Shown here: one piece after another, positions 41,700 to 52,029 of the stretch
Numbering within the stretch: position 1 is the stretch's first letter
Layout of the letters: every line of letters begins with the position of its first letter
Origin: Microcoleus sp.
Lineage (GTDB): Bacteria; Cyanobacteriota; Cyanobacteriia; Cyanobacteriales; Microcoleaceae
Length of the DNA stretch: 64,000 nucleotides
Assembly (NCBI GenBank): GCA_052279835.1
Contig: CP181291.1
Location: 960,001-1,024,000 of the forward strand
Direction of reading: 5' to 3'
Program-made: the position numbers and the translations under genes
Notes under the pieces: generated by a model
The model's input: the letters and a program-made list of their open reading frames with translations, nothing else
Databases searched by the model: none
What the model was told of the DNA's origin: nothing

Positions 41700-42065
41700 C
41701 TATTGCCAAAATGCAATTTTCTTTTACCCATTACGATGAGTCTGCTTAATTATTGGGTCAACAGAACCAGCTTGAATGACTCTTGCATCATAAATTTTTT
41801 GACTTTTGTTATCAAATATCCCCTGAACTATTTGGCAACTACCACTATCAATGTCTTTCAATACGGTAAAAGCTAGATATTCTCTATCTTGAAAAGAACG
41901 ACGATCGTTTTTAACCAACAAATAATCAAAGTTTCTAAACCAGCTCAATAATATATGAGCATTTAAATCGGCAAAATAAACAGTTACATACAGGCCTGTG
42001 GCAAAAATTCTTGCCCAGAAAGAGTCATCTTCGGGGAATTCAGCACTAGCAATTTTTTTGTTCAT
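41700..42065 (-). CDS. Hypothetical protein, paralog of 42074..42442; in-frame TAA at 41724-41726 removes the C-terminal KKIAFWQ
   Basis: Shared VYFA.L.A..WFR.F.YLLV.NDRR.FQ.REY.AFTV and GIFDNK.QKIYDARVI. Confidence 0.65.
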
Positions 42066-42073
42066 AGTTTACT

Positions 42074-42442
42074 TTATTGCCAAAACGCAACTTCCTTTCT
42101 TCCATAGCTATGAGCCTGCTTGATTGTCGTATCAACAGAATCAGATCGAATAACTCTTGCATCATAAATTTTTTGATTTTTGTTATCAAAAATACCCTCA
42201 ACTACGTTGTAATCACCAGTTGCCATTGCTTGTTGAACCGTAAAAGCAACATACTCTCTATTTTGAAAATAGCGGCGATCATTTTCAACTAGCAAATAGG
42301 CAAACTTTCTAAACCACTCATAGATTATCTGAGCAGTTAAGTTGGCAAAATAAACAGTTGCATAAATACCAGCAGAAACTCCTGCCCATACCGCAGTCCA
42401 AATTAATATAGTGAATGGATCCATCTTCTCTTTACTCCACAA
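42074..42442 (-). CDS. Hypothetical protein with N-terminal hydrophobic segment
   Basis: ORF in a tight operon, with an adjacent paralog. Confidence 0.7.
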   Translation of the reverse strand: MWSKEKMDPFTILIWTAVWAGVSAGIYATVYFANLTAQIIYEWFRKFAYLLVENDRRYFQNREYVAFTVQQAMATGDYNVVEGIFDNKNQKIYDARVIRSDSVDTTIKQAHSYGRKEVAFWQ

Positions 42443-43232
42443 TGATTAGTTGTTTTGTTCCAAAAATTTCCAACAGTTCATCGTCTAATTGTCTTGCTAC
42501 TAACTGACGACCATAGGGAACACGATTGGAACTAAGAACTACTTGATTATTTTTGTCCAGAAATACTTGTGCTAAGTGATAGCCTTGGGCATGATGTTGA
42601 CGTAAAATAGCCCCTTTTCGTATTCTAGGATCGTGTGGACGATTGGTTATAAAGTATTCAATTGTGTCTTCATAGGTGATTATTGGTATAACTTGTTGTA
42701 CTTTGGTAACGTATTTAATGGTATCCTCATAGGTGATTGTTGGTATAAATTCAGGTGTTTTTACAACGTTACGAAACCATTCAACCAACTCTAAGACTAT
42801 ATCTTGAGGAATTGGAAATTCAGATCCACCAGATGCTTGAGGCTTCAACTCAATGGCAATTAATTCTCGATCGCCCAAAACATCACTTAATTTTATGTCT
42901 AGCTTTTTGGCAACCAACTGACGACCATAAGGTATTCCATTTGAACGACAGACAAGGTTATTATTTTCGTCTAAAAACACCTGTCCTAAAAATTGCCCTT
43001 CGGGATGCTCTTGGCAAATAATTGCTCCTTTTTTTACATTAGGAGTCCCTGGGCGATCGCTCTGGAAATAACTTATAGCCTCGTCAAAGGTTATCTCCTC
43101 TAAGACTTTAGGTATCCCCTGAATATCTGGCGACCATTTATTGAACTCGCCAACTATCCGTCCCACATCCTCGGAAGTCATTTTACGCTCTCCCTGAGAG
43201 GTGTTTTTGGCAAACCAGTTAAACCATGTCAT
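42432..43232 (-). CDS. Hypothetical protein with an internally duplicated ~80-aa domain
   Basis: IT(F/Y)...I.YF...RP....KGAI...QVFLD.NN...PYGRQLVA..LD occurs twice; AGGAG RBS. Confidence 0.75.
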   Translation of the reverse strand: MTWFNWFAKNTSQGERKMTSEDVGRIVGEFNKWSPDIQGIPKVLEEITFDEAISYFQSDRPGTPNVKKGAIICQEHPEGQFLGQVFLDENNNLVCRSNGIPYGRQLVAKKLDIKLSDVLGDRELIAIELKPQASGGSEFPIPQDIVLELVEWFRNVVKTPEFIPTITYEDTIKYVTKVQQVIPIITYEDTIEYFITNRPHDPRIRKGAILRQHHAQGYHLAQVFLDKNNQVVLSSNRVPYGRQLVARQLDDELLEIFGTKQLIIVE

Positions 43233-43464
43233 ATTTCCTCCATAGCATTTGGTTGTGTATAAAATACTACTAATTTTTTGTATGTATGTTTCTGTATTTT
43301 ATTTTAATATGAAAATTATTTTTTGTACATTCATAAAAGTGTTATTTAGTGTATAGTTAGATGTTTTTTAAGATTTTTATTAGTAATAAAAAGTGTGAAA
43401 TCCTTGTCAAGGTGTTATAAAGTGTGATATGGTGCGATCGTAAAAACTAAACCAACTTTTAGCT

Positions 43465-44850
43465 ATGGATATCGAAGAGGTTTTACAATGGACTGACGAG
43501 CAAGTATTTGTGAAAACGGGAAAACATTTTGATTCATTACAAAGATGTATATTAAAGGAAGTTTGGGAAGGTGAGAGATATCCTAAAATAGCTAAAAAGT
43601 GCAATCGTAGTGAAGATCATATTAAACAAGTTGCTAGAAAATTATGGAAGATGCTCTCTGAGATATTGGGAGAAGATATTAAACAATCTAATGTTCGCTC
43701 TATTTTAGAAACAAAAGCAGTATCTAGTATTTACAATTTTGGTAACTCTTCACAGATTGTTAATAGTAAAATTAATAGAACTCATATCAATATCTGTGGA
43801 GAAAAACGGCAAGATGCAGAAGAGGCTAAACAGCGATCGCCCAATCCCCCAGATTCTCCCCAAAACAAAAATCAATCCCCAATAATCGATTTAACAGACG
43901 CACCGGAATTAACCAGCTTTTACGATCGCACCGCCGAACTCTCCACCCTCAAACAATGGATATTGCAAGCCCACACCCGCTTGATTACCGTCTACGGCTT
44001 AAGTGGAATTGGCAAAAGCGCGATCGCCCTCAAACTCATCGAACAAACTCAAACCGAATTTGATTATATTATTTGGTTAAGCCTCACCAACACACCCACA
44101 CTTTCCACCATTCAAACCGAACTCAAGCATTTTTTTGGGCGATCGCCACAACCCCCATTACCCACAATCATCGATTATTTCCGATCTTCTCGCTGTTTAG
44201 TAATCCTTGATGACGTACAGAATATTTTTCAAAGCAGTCAACTAGCAGGTCAATATTTAGCAGGCTATGAAGACTATGGCAAATTTTTCAAACAAATTGC
44301 CACATCCTCTCACCAGAGTTGTTTAATCCTCCTCAGTTGGGAAAAACCCAGAGAAATTACTGCTTTAGAAGCACTAAACCCACCCGCACGAACCTTACAC
44401 CTCAAAGGGTTAGGAGAACAAGTGGCAGAAATTATCAGAGAAAAAGCATTGACAAATGAGGAAAAATGGTCAGACTTAATCGCCCTTTATCAAGGACATC
44501 CTTACTGGTTAAATATTATAGCTGCAACAATTGTCGAATTATTTGACGGTAGCGTTTCCCGGTTTTTAGCAGATAAAAATGATATTTATTTAGGCGACTT
44601 AGAACCTATTTTAGAATCTCAGTTAGAGCGTTTATCGGAGTCCGAACAAAAGGTAGGCTACTGGTTAGCGACTCAAGCTGAAGCTTTAGATATTTCACAA
44701 CAACCTGCTGACAGTGAATTATCCAAATCTGAATTTTGGCACGCCATACAATCTTTAGCCCGACGCGGCTTACTGGAAAAAGTACAAGTAAGAGGGCGAT
44801 CGCTCTTTCTCCTCAATCCCGTATTCAAAGCATACATTCAGTGCCGGTGA
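43465..44850 (+). CDS. N-terminal HTH + NB-ARC/STAND NTPase + winged helix; paralog of 224..1591
   Basis: GLSGIGKS, LVILDD, SFYDRTAEL; same architecture as the first copy. Confidence 0.85.
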   Translation: MDIEEVLQWTDEQVFVKTGKHFDSLQRCILKEVWEGERYPKIAKKCNRSEDHIKQVARKLWKMLSEILGEDIKQSNVRSILETKAVSSIYNFGNSSQIVNSKINRTHINICGEKRQDAEEAKQRSPNPPDSPQNKNQSPIIDLTDAPELTSFYDRTAELSTLKQWILQAHTRLITVYGLSGIGKSAIALKLIEQTQTEFDYIIWLSLTNTPTLSTIQTELKHFFGRSPQPPLPTIIDYFRSSRCLVILDDVQNIFQSSQLAGQYLAGYEDYGKFFKQIATSSHQSCLILLSWEKPREITALEALNPPARTLHLKGLGEQVAEIIREKALTNEEKWSDLIALYQGHPYWLNIIAATIVELFDGSVSRFLADKNDIYLGDLEPILESQLERLSESEQKVGYWLATQAEALDISQQPADSELSKSEFWHAIQSLARRGLLEKVQVRGRSLFLLNPVFKAYIQCR

Positions 44851-44911
44851 AATATTATATAATTTATGAGAGATTACATTTCTTAGATTTAACGGATAGA
44901 AAGCGAATCTT

Positions 44912-45121
44912 ATGAAAACCTTTACCGCTATTATCGAAAAAGATTCTGATACCAAGCTTTACGTTGGTTATATTCCTGGATTTCCTGGGGCGCATTCCCA
45001 GGGAGAAACCTTGGATGAGTTACACGAGAATCTGCGTGAGGTAATTGAGATGCTCCTAGAAGATGATACTCTCGTCATTCAGACAGAATTTATAGGTACA
45101 CAGCAGATTGTGATCCGATAA
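44912..45121 (+). CDS. hicB: HicB family antitoxin
   Basis: PGFPGAHSQGETLDELHENLREVI. Confidence 0.88.
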   Translation: MKTFTAIIEKDSDTKLYVGYIPGFPGAHSQGETLDELHENLREVIEMLLEDDTLVIQTEFIGTQQIVIR

Positions 45122-45123
45122 AC

Positions 45124-45348
45124 ATGAGCAATATCCCAGTTCTGAAACCACAGGAAATAGTCCGCAGACTAGAGAACCTTGACTTTGTAGAGGTGCGTCA
45201 AAAAGGCTCACATAAACAGTTCCGTCACCAAGATGGGCGAGGAACTACTGTTCCTTTTCATAAAGGGCGTGATATATCACCTAGATTGCTTCAGCGGATT
45301 GCAATTGATATTGGCTTGACAGTTGAGGAAATGTTGGAGTCACGGTGA
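45124..45348 (+). CDS. hicA: HicA family toxin
   Basis: RQKGSHKQFRH..TVPFH. Confidence 0.9.
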   Translation: MSNIPVLKPQEIVRRLENLDFVEVRQKGSHKQFRHQDGRGTTVPFHKGRDISPRLLQRIAIDIGLTVEEMLESR

Positions 45349-45491
45349 GTTGACGTGAACTACATGACTACTTTTTGCCCAAATTGCTGCTGCAAAACTA
45401 CCGAAATCAGGAACCGAAACTGCATGGAAACAAACTCCAGCAAAGGCCAAATATGAGGGCAAAGCATAGTTTTTTTAATCGCACTTCTCAA

Positions 45492-46070
45492 CTAAATCAT
45501 CGATCGCATAAAAGCATTCACCGCATCATATTGATCCGCCATCCGCGAATAAAACTCGATCGATCGCAAATCCAACTCCGGCAAAAGTTCGCTCTTACTA
45601 ACCAACTCATATCCCGTTGGACGCAAACAATAAACCGAAATTACCCCATCCTCCCAAAACCAAACCTCCCGCACTCCTATCCGACGATAGATTTCCAGCG
45701 TATCAATTCCACCACTCCTGACCGTTATCTCGATCGCCAAATCTGGAACCAACTTGCGCGTACCCAAACAATAAGACTCATCAGGTTCCTTCCGTGCACC
45801 CAACTCCTTCATCCCGATAGTTGTGCTCCCTCGCCCGTAGAAACGAATGTCCTTCGTCCGCATATAAATCTCTAAAACCTGACCTAAAGTATTTTTAGGT
45901 TCTTCATGTTCCTCAGATAAAGGAGCCATAATTTCTAAACACTCATCCAAATATGTTAAACGCGCCCCAGTGTCCGCCAAATCTGCATCCAATTTTTCCA
46001 GAGTCTCCCATGTCACGTTTGACAGGAAAGCCACACCTTTACCCAATCCTTTAGAAATTGCGACAACCAT
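45492..46070 (-). CDS. Uma2 family endonuclease
   Basis: EPDESY, PDLAIEI, GVREVWFW. Confidence 0.88.
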   Translation of the reverse strand: MVVAISKGLGKGVAFLSNVTWETLEKLDADLADTGARLTYLDECLEIMAPLSEEHEEPKNTLGQVLEIYMRTKDIRFYGRGSTTIGMKELGARKEPDESYCLGTRKLVPDLAIEITVRSGGIDTLEIYRRIGVREVWFWEDGVISVYCLRPTGYELVSKSELLPELDLRSIEFYSRMADQYDAVNAFMRSMI

Positions 46071-46131
46071 TTGACTTACCTTTTACGATCGCTCTTCCAT
46101 AATATAAGCCTATCCTAATATTCTATTCTTT

Positions 46132-46183
46132 AGTCTGCGGAGGCAGACTTCGTTTGTATAGACGCGGTTTCAACCGCCGAGTC
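46132..46183. repeat. Dispersed repeat; second copy at ~48629-48674
   Basis: aggcagacttcgtttgtatagacgcggtttcaaccgcc vs aggcggacttcgtttgtgtagaagcggtttcaaccgcc. Confidence 0.75.
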
Positions 46184-46198
46184 TGATTCTTCCCAAAC

Positions 46199-46230
46199 AA
46201 AAAGCGCCCCTATTTCTAGGAGCGCTTTTT
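46199..46230 (-). terminator. psbA Rho-independent terminator
   Basis: aaaaagcgcccc-tatttctag-gagcgcttttt hairpin just downstream of psbA. Confidence 0.7.
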
Positions 46231-46249
46231 GATTATCTCAAGTTAAAAA

Positions 46250-47332
46250 TTAACCGTTGATAGAAGGAGCAACCAAAGCAACTGGAGTTGTTTCGCCAGC
46301 AGCCAAGTCGAGTGGGAAGTTGTGAGCGTTGCGCTCGTGCATTACTTCCATACCCAAGTTAGCGCGGTTGATGACATCAGCCCAGGTGTTGATGACACGA
46401 CCTTGAGAGTCGATAATCGATTGGTTGAAGTTGAAACCGTTCAAGTTGAAAGCCATGGTGGAGATACCTAGTGCTGTGAACCAGATACCGACAACTGGCC
46501 ATGCACCTAACAAGAAGTGCAAAGAACGGCTGTTGTTGAAAGAAGCGTATTGGAAAATCAAACGACCGAAGTAGCCGTGGGCTGCAACGATGTTGTAGGT
46601 TTCTTCTTCTTGACCGAATTTGTAACCGTAGTTTTGCGATTCGGTTTCGGTTGTTTCACGAACCAAAGAAGATGTTACCAAGGAACCGTGCATGGCGGAG
46701 AACAAGCTACCACCGAAGACACCAGCAACTCCCAACATGTGGAAGGGGTGCATCAGGATGTTGTGCTCGGCTTGGAACACGATCATGAAGTTGAAGGTAC
46801 CGGAGATACCCAAAGGCATACCGTCAGAGAAGGAACCTTGACCGATTGGGTAGATCAAGAATACTGCGGTGGCTGCTGCAACTGGTGCAGAGTAAGCGAC
46901 GCAGATCCAAGGACGCATACCTAGGCGGTAGGACAATTCCCATTCACGACCCATGTAGCAGAAAATGCCGATCAGGAAGTGGAAAATCACTAGCTGGTAA
47001 GGGCCGCCGTTGTACAACCACTCATCGAGGGAAGCAGCTTCCCAGATTGGGTAAAAGTGTAAGCCGATCGCGTTGGAAGAAGGAACAACAGCACCTGTGA
47101 TGATGTTGTTACCGAACATCAAGGAACCTGCAACTGGTTCGCGGATGCCGTCGATGTCCACAGGAGGAGCAGCGATGAAGGCAACGATGTAGCAGATGGT
47201 GGCAGTTAAGAGGGTAGGAATCATCAAGACGCCGAACCAACCGATATAAATCCGGTTGTCTGTGCTTGTGACCCACTCGCAAAACCGTTCCCAGACATTG
47301 GCGCTTTCGCGCTGTTGTAAGGTTGTTGTCAT
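46250..47332 (-). CDS. psbA: Photosystem II D1 protein (Glu130, D1:2-type)
   Basis: 360 aa [10 protein letters not shown]...[18 protein letters not shown]. Confidence 0.99.
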   Translation of the reverse strand: MTTTLQQRESANVWERFCEWVTSTDNRIYIGWFGVLMIPTLLTATICYIVAFIAAPPVDIDGIREPVAGSLMFGNNIITGAVVPSSNAIGLHFYPIWEAASLDEWLYNGGPYQLVIFHFLIGIFCYMGREWELSYRLGMRPWICVAYSAPVAAATAVFLIYPIGQGSFSDGMPLGISGTFNFMIVFQAEHNILMHPFHMLGVAGVFGGSLFSAMHGSLVTSSLVRETTETESQNYGYKFGQEEETYNIVAAHGYFGRLIFQYASFNNSRSLHFLLGAWPVVGIWFTALGISTMAFNLNGFNFNQSIIDSQGRVINTWADVINRANLGMEVMHERNAHNFPLDLAAGETTPVALVAPSING

Positions 47333-47397
47333 GGTTTTATGATTGCTTTATTTGGTTTTCAATGTTCGTGGCGGTTGTTTGTTCCGCCATGTAAATA

Positions 47398-47426
47398 AAC
47401 ATAAAGCTTTTATTTCAATTTGTAAA
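47398..47426 (-). promoter_or_regulatory. Putative psbA promoter
   Basis: TTTACA-17 nt-TATGTT on the minus strand upstream of psbA. Confidence 0.5.
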
Positions 47427-47661
47427 GGCCTTCTCAGCACAACTTTTGTTATGACTATCATAAGTATAGCTGATACAATGGCGAAGCCGTTGCTGTATAT
47501 GGGTTTTAAATGCAGGAGGCGGAATTTGTTGGCGATCGCATCAGAAGCAGAATGCTGATAATGTAGCTGCACAAGGAGAGCGGGACTGGTGTCAGTGTTA
47601 AGATAAGTTAAGCGGGGCGATCGCCAAGCGCAAAACTAAAAATTATTAAAAACCCCAAGGA

Positions 47662-48612
47662 ATGTCCCGCACCGTCACCTACAGCCCTGCTCATACGCTG
47701 GTTCCCACTTATGAGTGTTTTAATCGCTGCACCTATTGCAATTTTCGAGCTGAACCGCTGGAAAGTCCTTGGCTGACGCTACCACAAGCCGAAAAACGGC
47801 TCCAGCTACTGCAAACTCAAGGTGTGATTGAAATTCTCATCCTCAGTGGCGAGGTACATCCCCAAAGTCAACGGCGCAAAGCTTGGTTTCAGCGCATTTA
47901 TGAGCTCTGTGAACTGGCACTTGCTCTAGGATTTTTGCCACATACTAATGTAGGTCCGCTCAGTTTTGAGGAGATGGCTCAGTTAAAACAGGTGAATGTC
48001 TCCATGGGGCTGATGTTGGAACAGTTGACACCGAGTTTACTAACAACAGTTCACCGACACGCACCGAGTAAAGTACCTGCCCGGAGGCTGCAACAGTTAG
48101 AATGGGCTGGGAAGTTGCAGATTCCGTTTACCACTGGTTTGCTGCTGGGAATCGGGGAAAGTGAGGCAGATTGGGTGGAGACATTAGAGGCGATCGCCCG
48201 GATTCATTCCTGTTACAATCATATTCAAGAAGTTATCCTGCAACCTTACAGTCCGGGAAATAAGCAAAGTTGGGGTGGTGAAGTTTTTGATGTTACAAAA
48301 ATGCCGGAATTAATTGCGATCGCCCGCAGCATTTTACCTGATGAAATCGCCTTACAAATTCCGCCAAATTTAGTGACCAAGCCAGACATATTAATCGCTT
48401 GCTTAGAAGCAGGTGCTAGAGATTTAGGAGGAATTGGGCCAGTGGATGAAGTTAATCCCGATTATCCTCACCTCCAACACCAAACTTTAACAGAAATTTT
48501 AGCAGCCGCGGGATGGCAACTCGTGCAGCGTTTGCCTGTTTATCCTCAGTACGATACTTGGCTGCCGCAGACATTACAAACTGCTGTAAAACAATGGAGA
48601 ATTACTCATTAA
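47662..48612 (+). CDS. cofG: FO synthase subunit CofG (radical SAM)
   Basis: TYSPAHTLVPTYECFNRCTYC, SMGLMLE, PFTTGLLLGIGE, QIPPNL. Confidence 0.9.
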   Translation: MSRTVTYSPAHTLVPTYECFNRCTYCNFRAEPLESPWLTLPQAEKRLQLLQTQGVIEILILSGEVHPQSQRRKAWFQRIYELCELALALGFLPHTNVGPLSFEEMAQLKQVNVSMGLMLEQLTPSLLTTVHRHAPSKVPARRLQQLEWAGKLQIPFTTGLLLGIGESEADWVETLEAIARIHSCYNHIQEVILQPYSPGNKQSWGGEVFDVTKMPELIAIARSILPDEIALQIPPNLVTKPDILIACLEAGARDLGGIGPVDEVNPDYPHLQHQTLTEILAAAGWQLVQRLPVYPQYDTWLPQTLQTAVKQWRITH

Positions 48613-48688
48613 TCCTTCTTATTTCTTAGTCGGCGCAGGCGGACTTCGTTTGTGTAGAAGCGGTTTCAACCGCCTAGCCATTAAAATT

Positions 48689-49465
48689 TCAAATCAAAGA
48701 ACCACCACCATCAATCCAGACTTCAGTACCTGTGATGAAACTGGAGGCATCTGATACTAAAAATAAAACTAATTGGGCGATTTCTTCAGTAGAACCTGCG
48801 GTATTATCAGTCAAAGGAATCAGATCGTGAATGAAATCCTCTGATCCTCGAATGTGATCGAGATGTCGCTTAGTGGTACTTTCCTCAATCGCAGTCAGGA
48901 TTCCACCCGGACAAATGACATTAACTCGGATTTTGCTAGGAGCAAGTTCTAGGGCCAGCATTTTGGCAAAGGCTACTTGAGCAGCTTTAGAACAAGCATA
49001 GGCGGTGGCACCAACTTTACTGAAATTTCTAGTACCATTAATCGATGAGGTAATGACAATAGAACCTCCTTGTTTTTTTAAATAAGGAACAGCATACTTG
49101 ACAGTCAAGAAAGTACCTCTGAGATTAGTATTAATTGTCCTATCCCACTCATCCGGTTCGAGTTCTTCTATGGGCGACCAGACACCATTAATCCCCGCAT
49201 TCACAAACACAGTATCTATTTTTTTATATTCTTCAAAAATTGTTTGAAATGCCTGTTGCATTTGTTCAGAATTTGCTACATCTGCGACAAGTGCCAGTCC
49301 ACTGCCTCCTTGATTCACCAACTGGCTGACAGTTTCTTGCCCACTATCAAGAACGCGATCGATAATAGCAACTTTTGCCCCTTCCTTGGCCATTAAAATT
49401 GCTGCTGCACGACCAATCCCAGACCCGCCACCAGTAATAACGGCAACTTTATCTAAAAGATTCAT
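48689..49465 (-). CDS. SDR family oxidoreductase
   Basis: TGGGSGIG, NAG, YACSK, IRVNVICPG. Confidence 0.92.
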   Translation of the reverse strand: MNLLDKVAVITGGGSGIGRAAAILMAKEGAKVAIIDRVLDSGQETVSQLVNQGGSGLALVADVANSEQMQQAFQTIFEEYKKIDTVFVNAGINGVWSPIEELEPDEWDRTINTNLRGTFLTVKYAVPYLKKQGGSIVITSSINGTRNFSKVGATAYACSKAAQVAFAKMLALELAPSKIRVNVICPGGILTAIEESTTKRHLDHIRGSEDFIHDLIPLTDNTAGSTEEIAQLVLFLVSDASSFITGTEVWIDGGGSLI

Positions 49466-49580
49466 AATTTTTATATATAAATAATTTGAATAATTATAAC
49501 AATCAAAATAACAACTAACAAATAACAACTAACAACTAACAACTAACAAGAAATACATCTTGTTAGTTGTTATAGGGTCT

Positions 49581-51059
49581 TTAGGATTCTGGAACCCAGA
49601 CAGAAACTGAACCAGCATTACACCTAAAATCAGCCCAACCTTCGTCATTAGTTGTGATAGATTCTTTGATGTTTTCGGTGAGATCGATATAGGTACGATT
49701 CGGTTGTCCGACTTCCATAAACTTAGTACCATCACCGCCGTTAGTCAGTACCACAGCCATGCCACCTGGATGTTCTTCATCTCCAAGTCTCGTCCAGCCA
49801 ATTGTATTGGCGTGGTCAAAGTAATCGTATTGATTACCGTAGGAATAAGTTTGGCGAGCGAACAGGAATTTATCAATAATCCATTGATGTTTCTCTAACC
49901 AAATTTCGTATTCGTTACCATCTTTTCCTCGATCCTTATAATGATCGCCGTAATAATCGGGGTAAAAAATACAGGGATATCCTTCACGTCGCAGCAGGAT
50001 TAAAGCATAGGCAAGGGGCTTAAACCAAGACTCGACAACAGACTCTAGGGATTGTAAAGGTTGGGAATCGTGGTTATCTACTAGAGTAACGGCGAGAGTT
50101 GGTTGGTGCTGGACGAGGCTGCCGTCAAAAATTGTTCTCAAGTCATAATTATTGCCTGCTTTGCTGGCTGCATAGAAGTTGTAGTGAAGAGGTGCATCAA
50201 ATAAGGATACTTTACCATCAGTTACTGTAATGAAGTGGTGCAAAGCTTCGACTTCATAGGACCAATATTCGCCGACGGCAAATAGGTCACGTTTGGCATA
50301 ATTGCGAACGTGTTCTAACCATTCTTGGAAAAATTTTGCTGATACGTGTTTGACGGCATCGAACCGAAACCCATCAACGTTGGTTGTATCGACATACCAC
50401 TCGCCCCAGTATTTTAATTCCCCGGTGACTTCTGGGTTGTCCATATCTAAATCACAACCCATCAGGTAGTCAAAATTGCCTTTTTCTAAGTCTACATTTT
50501 GGTCAAATTCTTTGCCTTTGAGCAAGTAAACGGCATTGGCATTTGTGTCGTAAGCATTGTAATCAATGGCATCAAAATGCCACCAATGCCATTCCATGCT
50601 GGAATAGGTTTTGCCACGACCAGGGAAGGTAAAATGAGTCCAAGCCTTAATTTTTTGATACTCGCCTACGGTGTCATTGCGGTTGTCGGGATTGAAGGGT
50701 GTAGCTTCGACTTCTTCTTCTTCATCAGCTCCTAATTTGTGGTTAAAGACAACATCAGCATAAATCTTAATTCCTAGATCTTGTGCTGCTTTAATCGCTC
50801 GCAAATACTCCTCTTTTGTCCCGTATTTCGTCCGGATCGAGCCTTTTTGATCGAACTCACCTAAGTCGAATATGTCGTAGACACCGTAACCCACATCCAT
50901 ACCGCCGCCCGTTCCTTTATACGCGGGTGGCAACCACAGAGATGTAATGCCCATTTTGGCTAAATCTTTGGCAGATTCGGCTAACTGATTCCAGAGGTTG
51001 CCGTCAGCGGGGGTATACCAGTGGAAATACTGCATCATGACGCCATTGACTTCAGACAT
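49581..51059 (-). CDS. amyA: Alpha-amylase (GH13)
   Basis: MMQYFHWY, DVVFNHK, GFRFDAVKH, GEYW, VDNHD. Confidence 0.93.
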   Translation of the reverse strand: MSEVNGVMMQYFHWYTPADGNLWNQLAESAKDLAKMGITSLWLPPAYKGTGGGMDVGYGVYDIFDLGEFDQKGSIRTKYGTKEEYLRAIKAAQDLGIKIYADVVFNHKLGADEEEEVEATPFNPDNRNDTVGEYQKIKAWTHFTFPGRGKTYSSMEWHWWHFDAIDYNAYDTNANAVYLLKGKEFDQNVDLEKGNFDYLMGCDLDMDNPEVTGELKYWGEWYVDTTNVDGFRFDAVKHVSAKFFQEWLEHVRNYAKRDLFAVGEYWSYEVEALHHFITVTDGKVSLFDAPLHYNFYAASKAGNNYDLRTIFDGSLVQHQPTLAVTLVDNHDSQPLQSLESVVESWFKPLAYALILLRREGYPCIFYPDYYGDHYKDRGKDGNEYEIWLEKHQWIIDKFLFARQTYSYGNQYDYFDHANTIGWTRLGDEEHPGGMAVVLTNGGDGTKFMEVGQPNRTYIDLTENIKESITTNDEGWADFRCNAGSVSVWVPES

Positions 51060-51249
51060 AAATTTAGTTTCTCCTGTTTGGTAAAGCTGCGGGCTTATTA
51101 GTTTATGTTACTAATTAGTATAGATATGCCTGCAATTTGTGGTCAATAGATATCATAAAAGATGGGGCCGATCAAAACAATCTATCAATAGATAGATTGA
51201 CAAAAAAAACTAATTTTGATGTTAAATTGTTTCAGAATATGTAAAAATC

Positions 51250-52029
51250 TTAAGAAGTTGTTGCTGCTGTGGCTATTCGCTCAACTCTGGTGTTCCAAGT
51301 GCCGTCGATCGCCAATTCGAGCAATCTAAATCCAGGCGGGATGTGGTCAACTATAATGGGATGGCTTTTGGGTAAAAGTTGGATGCAGGTACTGGGCGTA
51401 CCCAAGTAAGTAACTGAGCCTCTGTGTTGGTGAAATTCTTGGTGAATGTGGCCGCAAAGGACGATTTTTACTTGAGGATATCGATCGACTATTGCCAAAA
51501 ATTCATCGGCATTGTGGAGCATCATGCCATCCATTATTTCACTTGCGATCGCCAATGGATGATGGTGCAAGGCGATCGTCACAAATCGATCGCCCGTTTG
51601 TTGCAATTGAGAGTCCAGCCAATCCAAGCTTTCTGGGGAAATTCGCCCCCCACTGCATCCAGCTTCCACACTCGAAAGCAACAGAAATTCCCAGTTTCCT
51701 AGCTTCCAAGATTTTTCTGGAGAAATCGGCGGCTTATCTAATATTTCTGCCATAACTGGGATGTTGTCATGATTCCCAGGTATCCAGTAAGCGGGGATGT
51801 TGAGGGGAGAAATCAGGGATGCGAGGAGCTCGTAGGATTCGGGTGTTTCATCTTGGGATAAGTCCCCTGTCAGCAGCAGTAAGTCTGGCTGGGGCTGAAT
51901 CTGTTGCAAGTGTTCGAGAACTGCTTTGAGGGTGTGGGCGGTTGAGAGGCCTTTCCAGGTGCGATCGGGCTCTGCAAACAAGTGAGTATCGGTGATTTGG
52001 GCGACGAGTAGGGGGGAAGCGGGTGTCAT
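51250..52029 (-). CDS. cpdA: 3',5'-cyclic-AMP phosphodiesterase
   Basis: DTH, GDLSQD, GNHD, HHHP, GHIHQ, PSTC. Confidence 0.88.
   Translation of the reverse strand: MTPASPLLVAQITDTHLFAEPDRTWKGLSTAHTLKAVLEHLQQIQPQPDLLLLTGDLSQDETPESYELLASLISPLNIPAYWIPGNHDNIPVMAEILDKPPISPEKSWKLGNWEFLLLSSVEAGCSGGRISPESLDWLDSQLQQTGDRFVTIALHHHPLAIASEIMDGMMLHNADEFLAIVDRYPQVKIVLCGHIHQEFHQHRGSVTYLGTPSTCIQLLPKSHPIIVDHIPPGFRLLELAIDGTWNTRVERIATAATTS

Noticed and set aside
43326..43337. acattcataaaa shared with the start region of the first STAND gene (1584-1595) as a possible operator
   Set aside because: Short AT-rich match in inconsistent orientation relative to the STAND genes; likely chance
45375..45875. 166-aa plus-strand ORF
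   Set aside because: Mostly the antisense shadow of the Uma2 gene; no recognisable motifs
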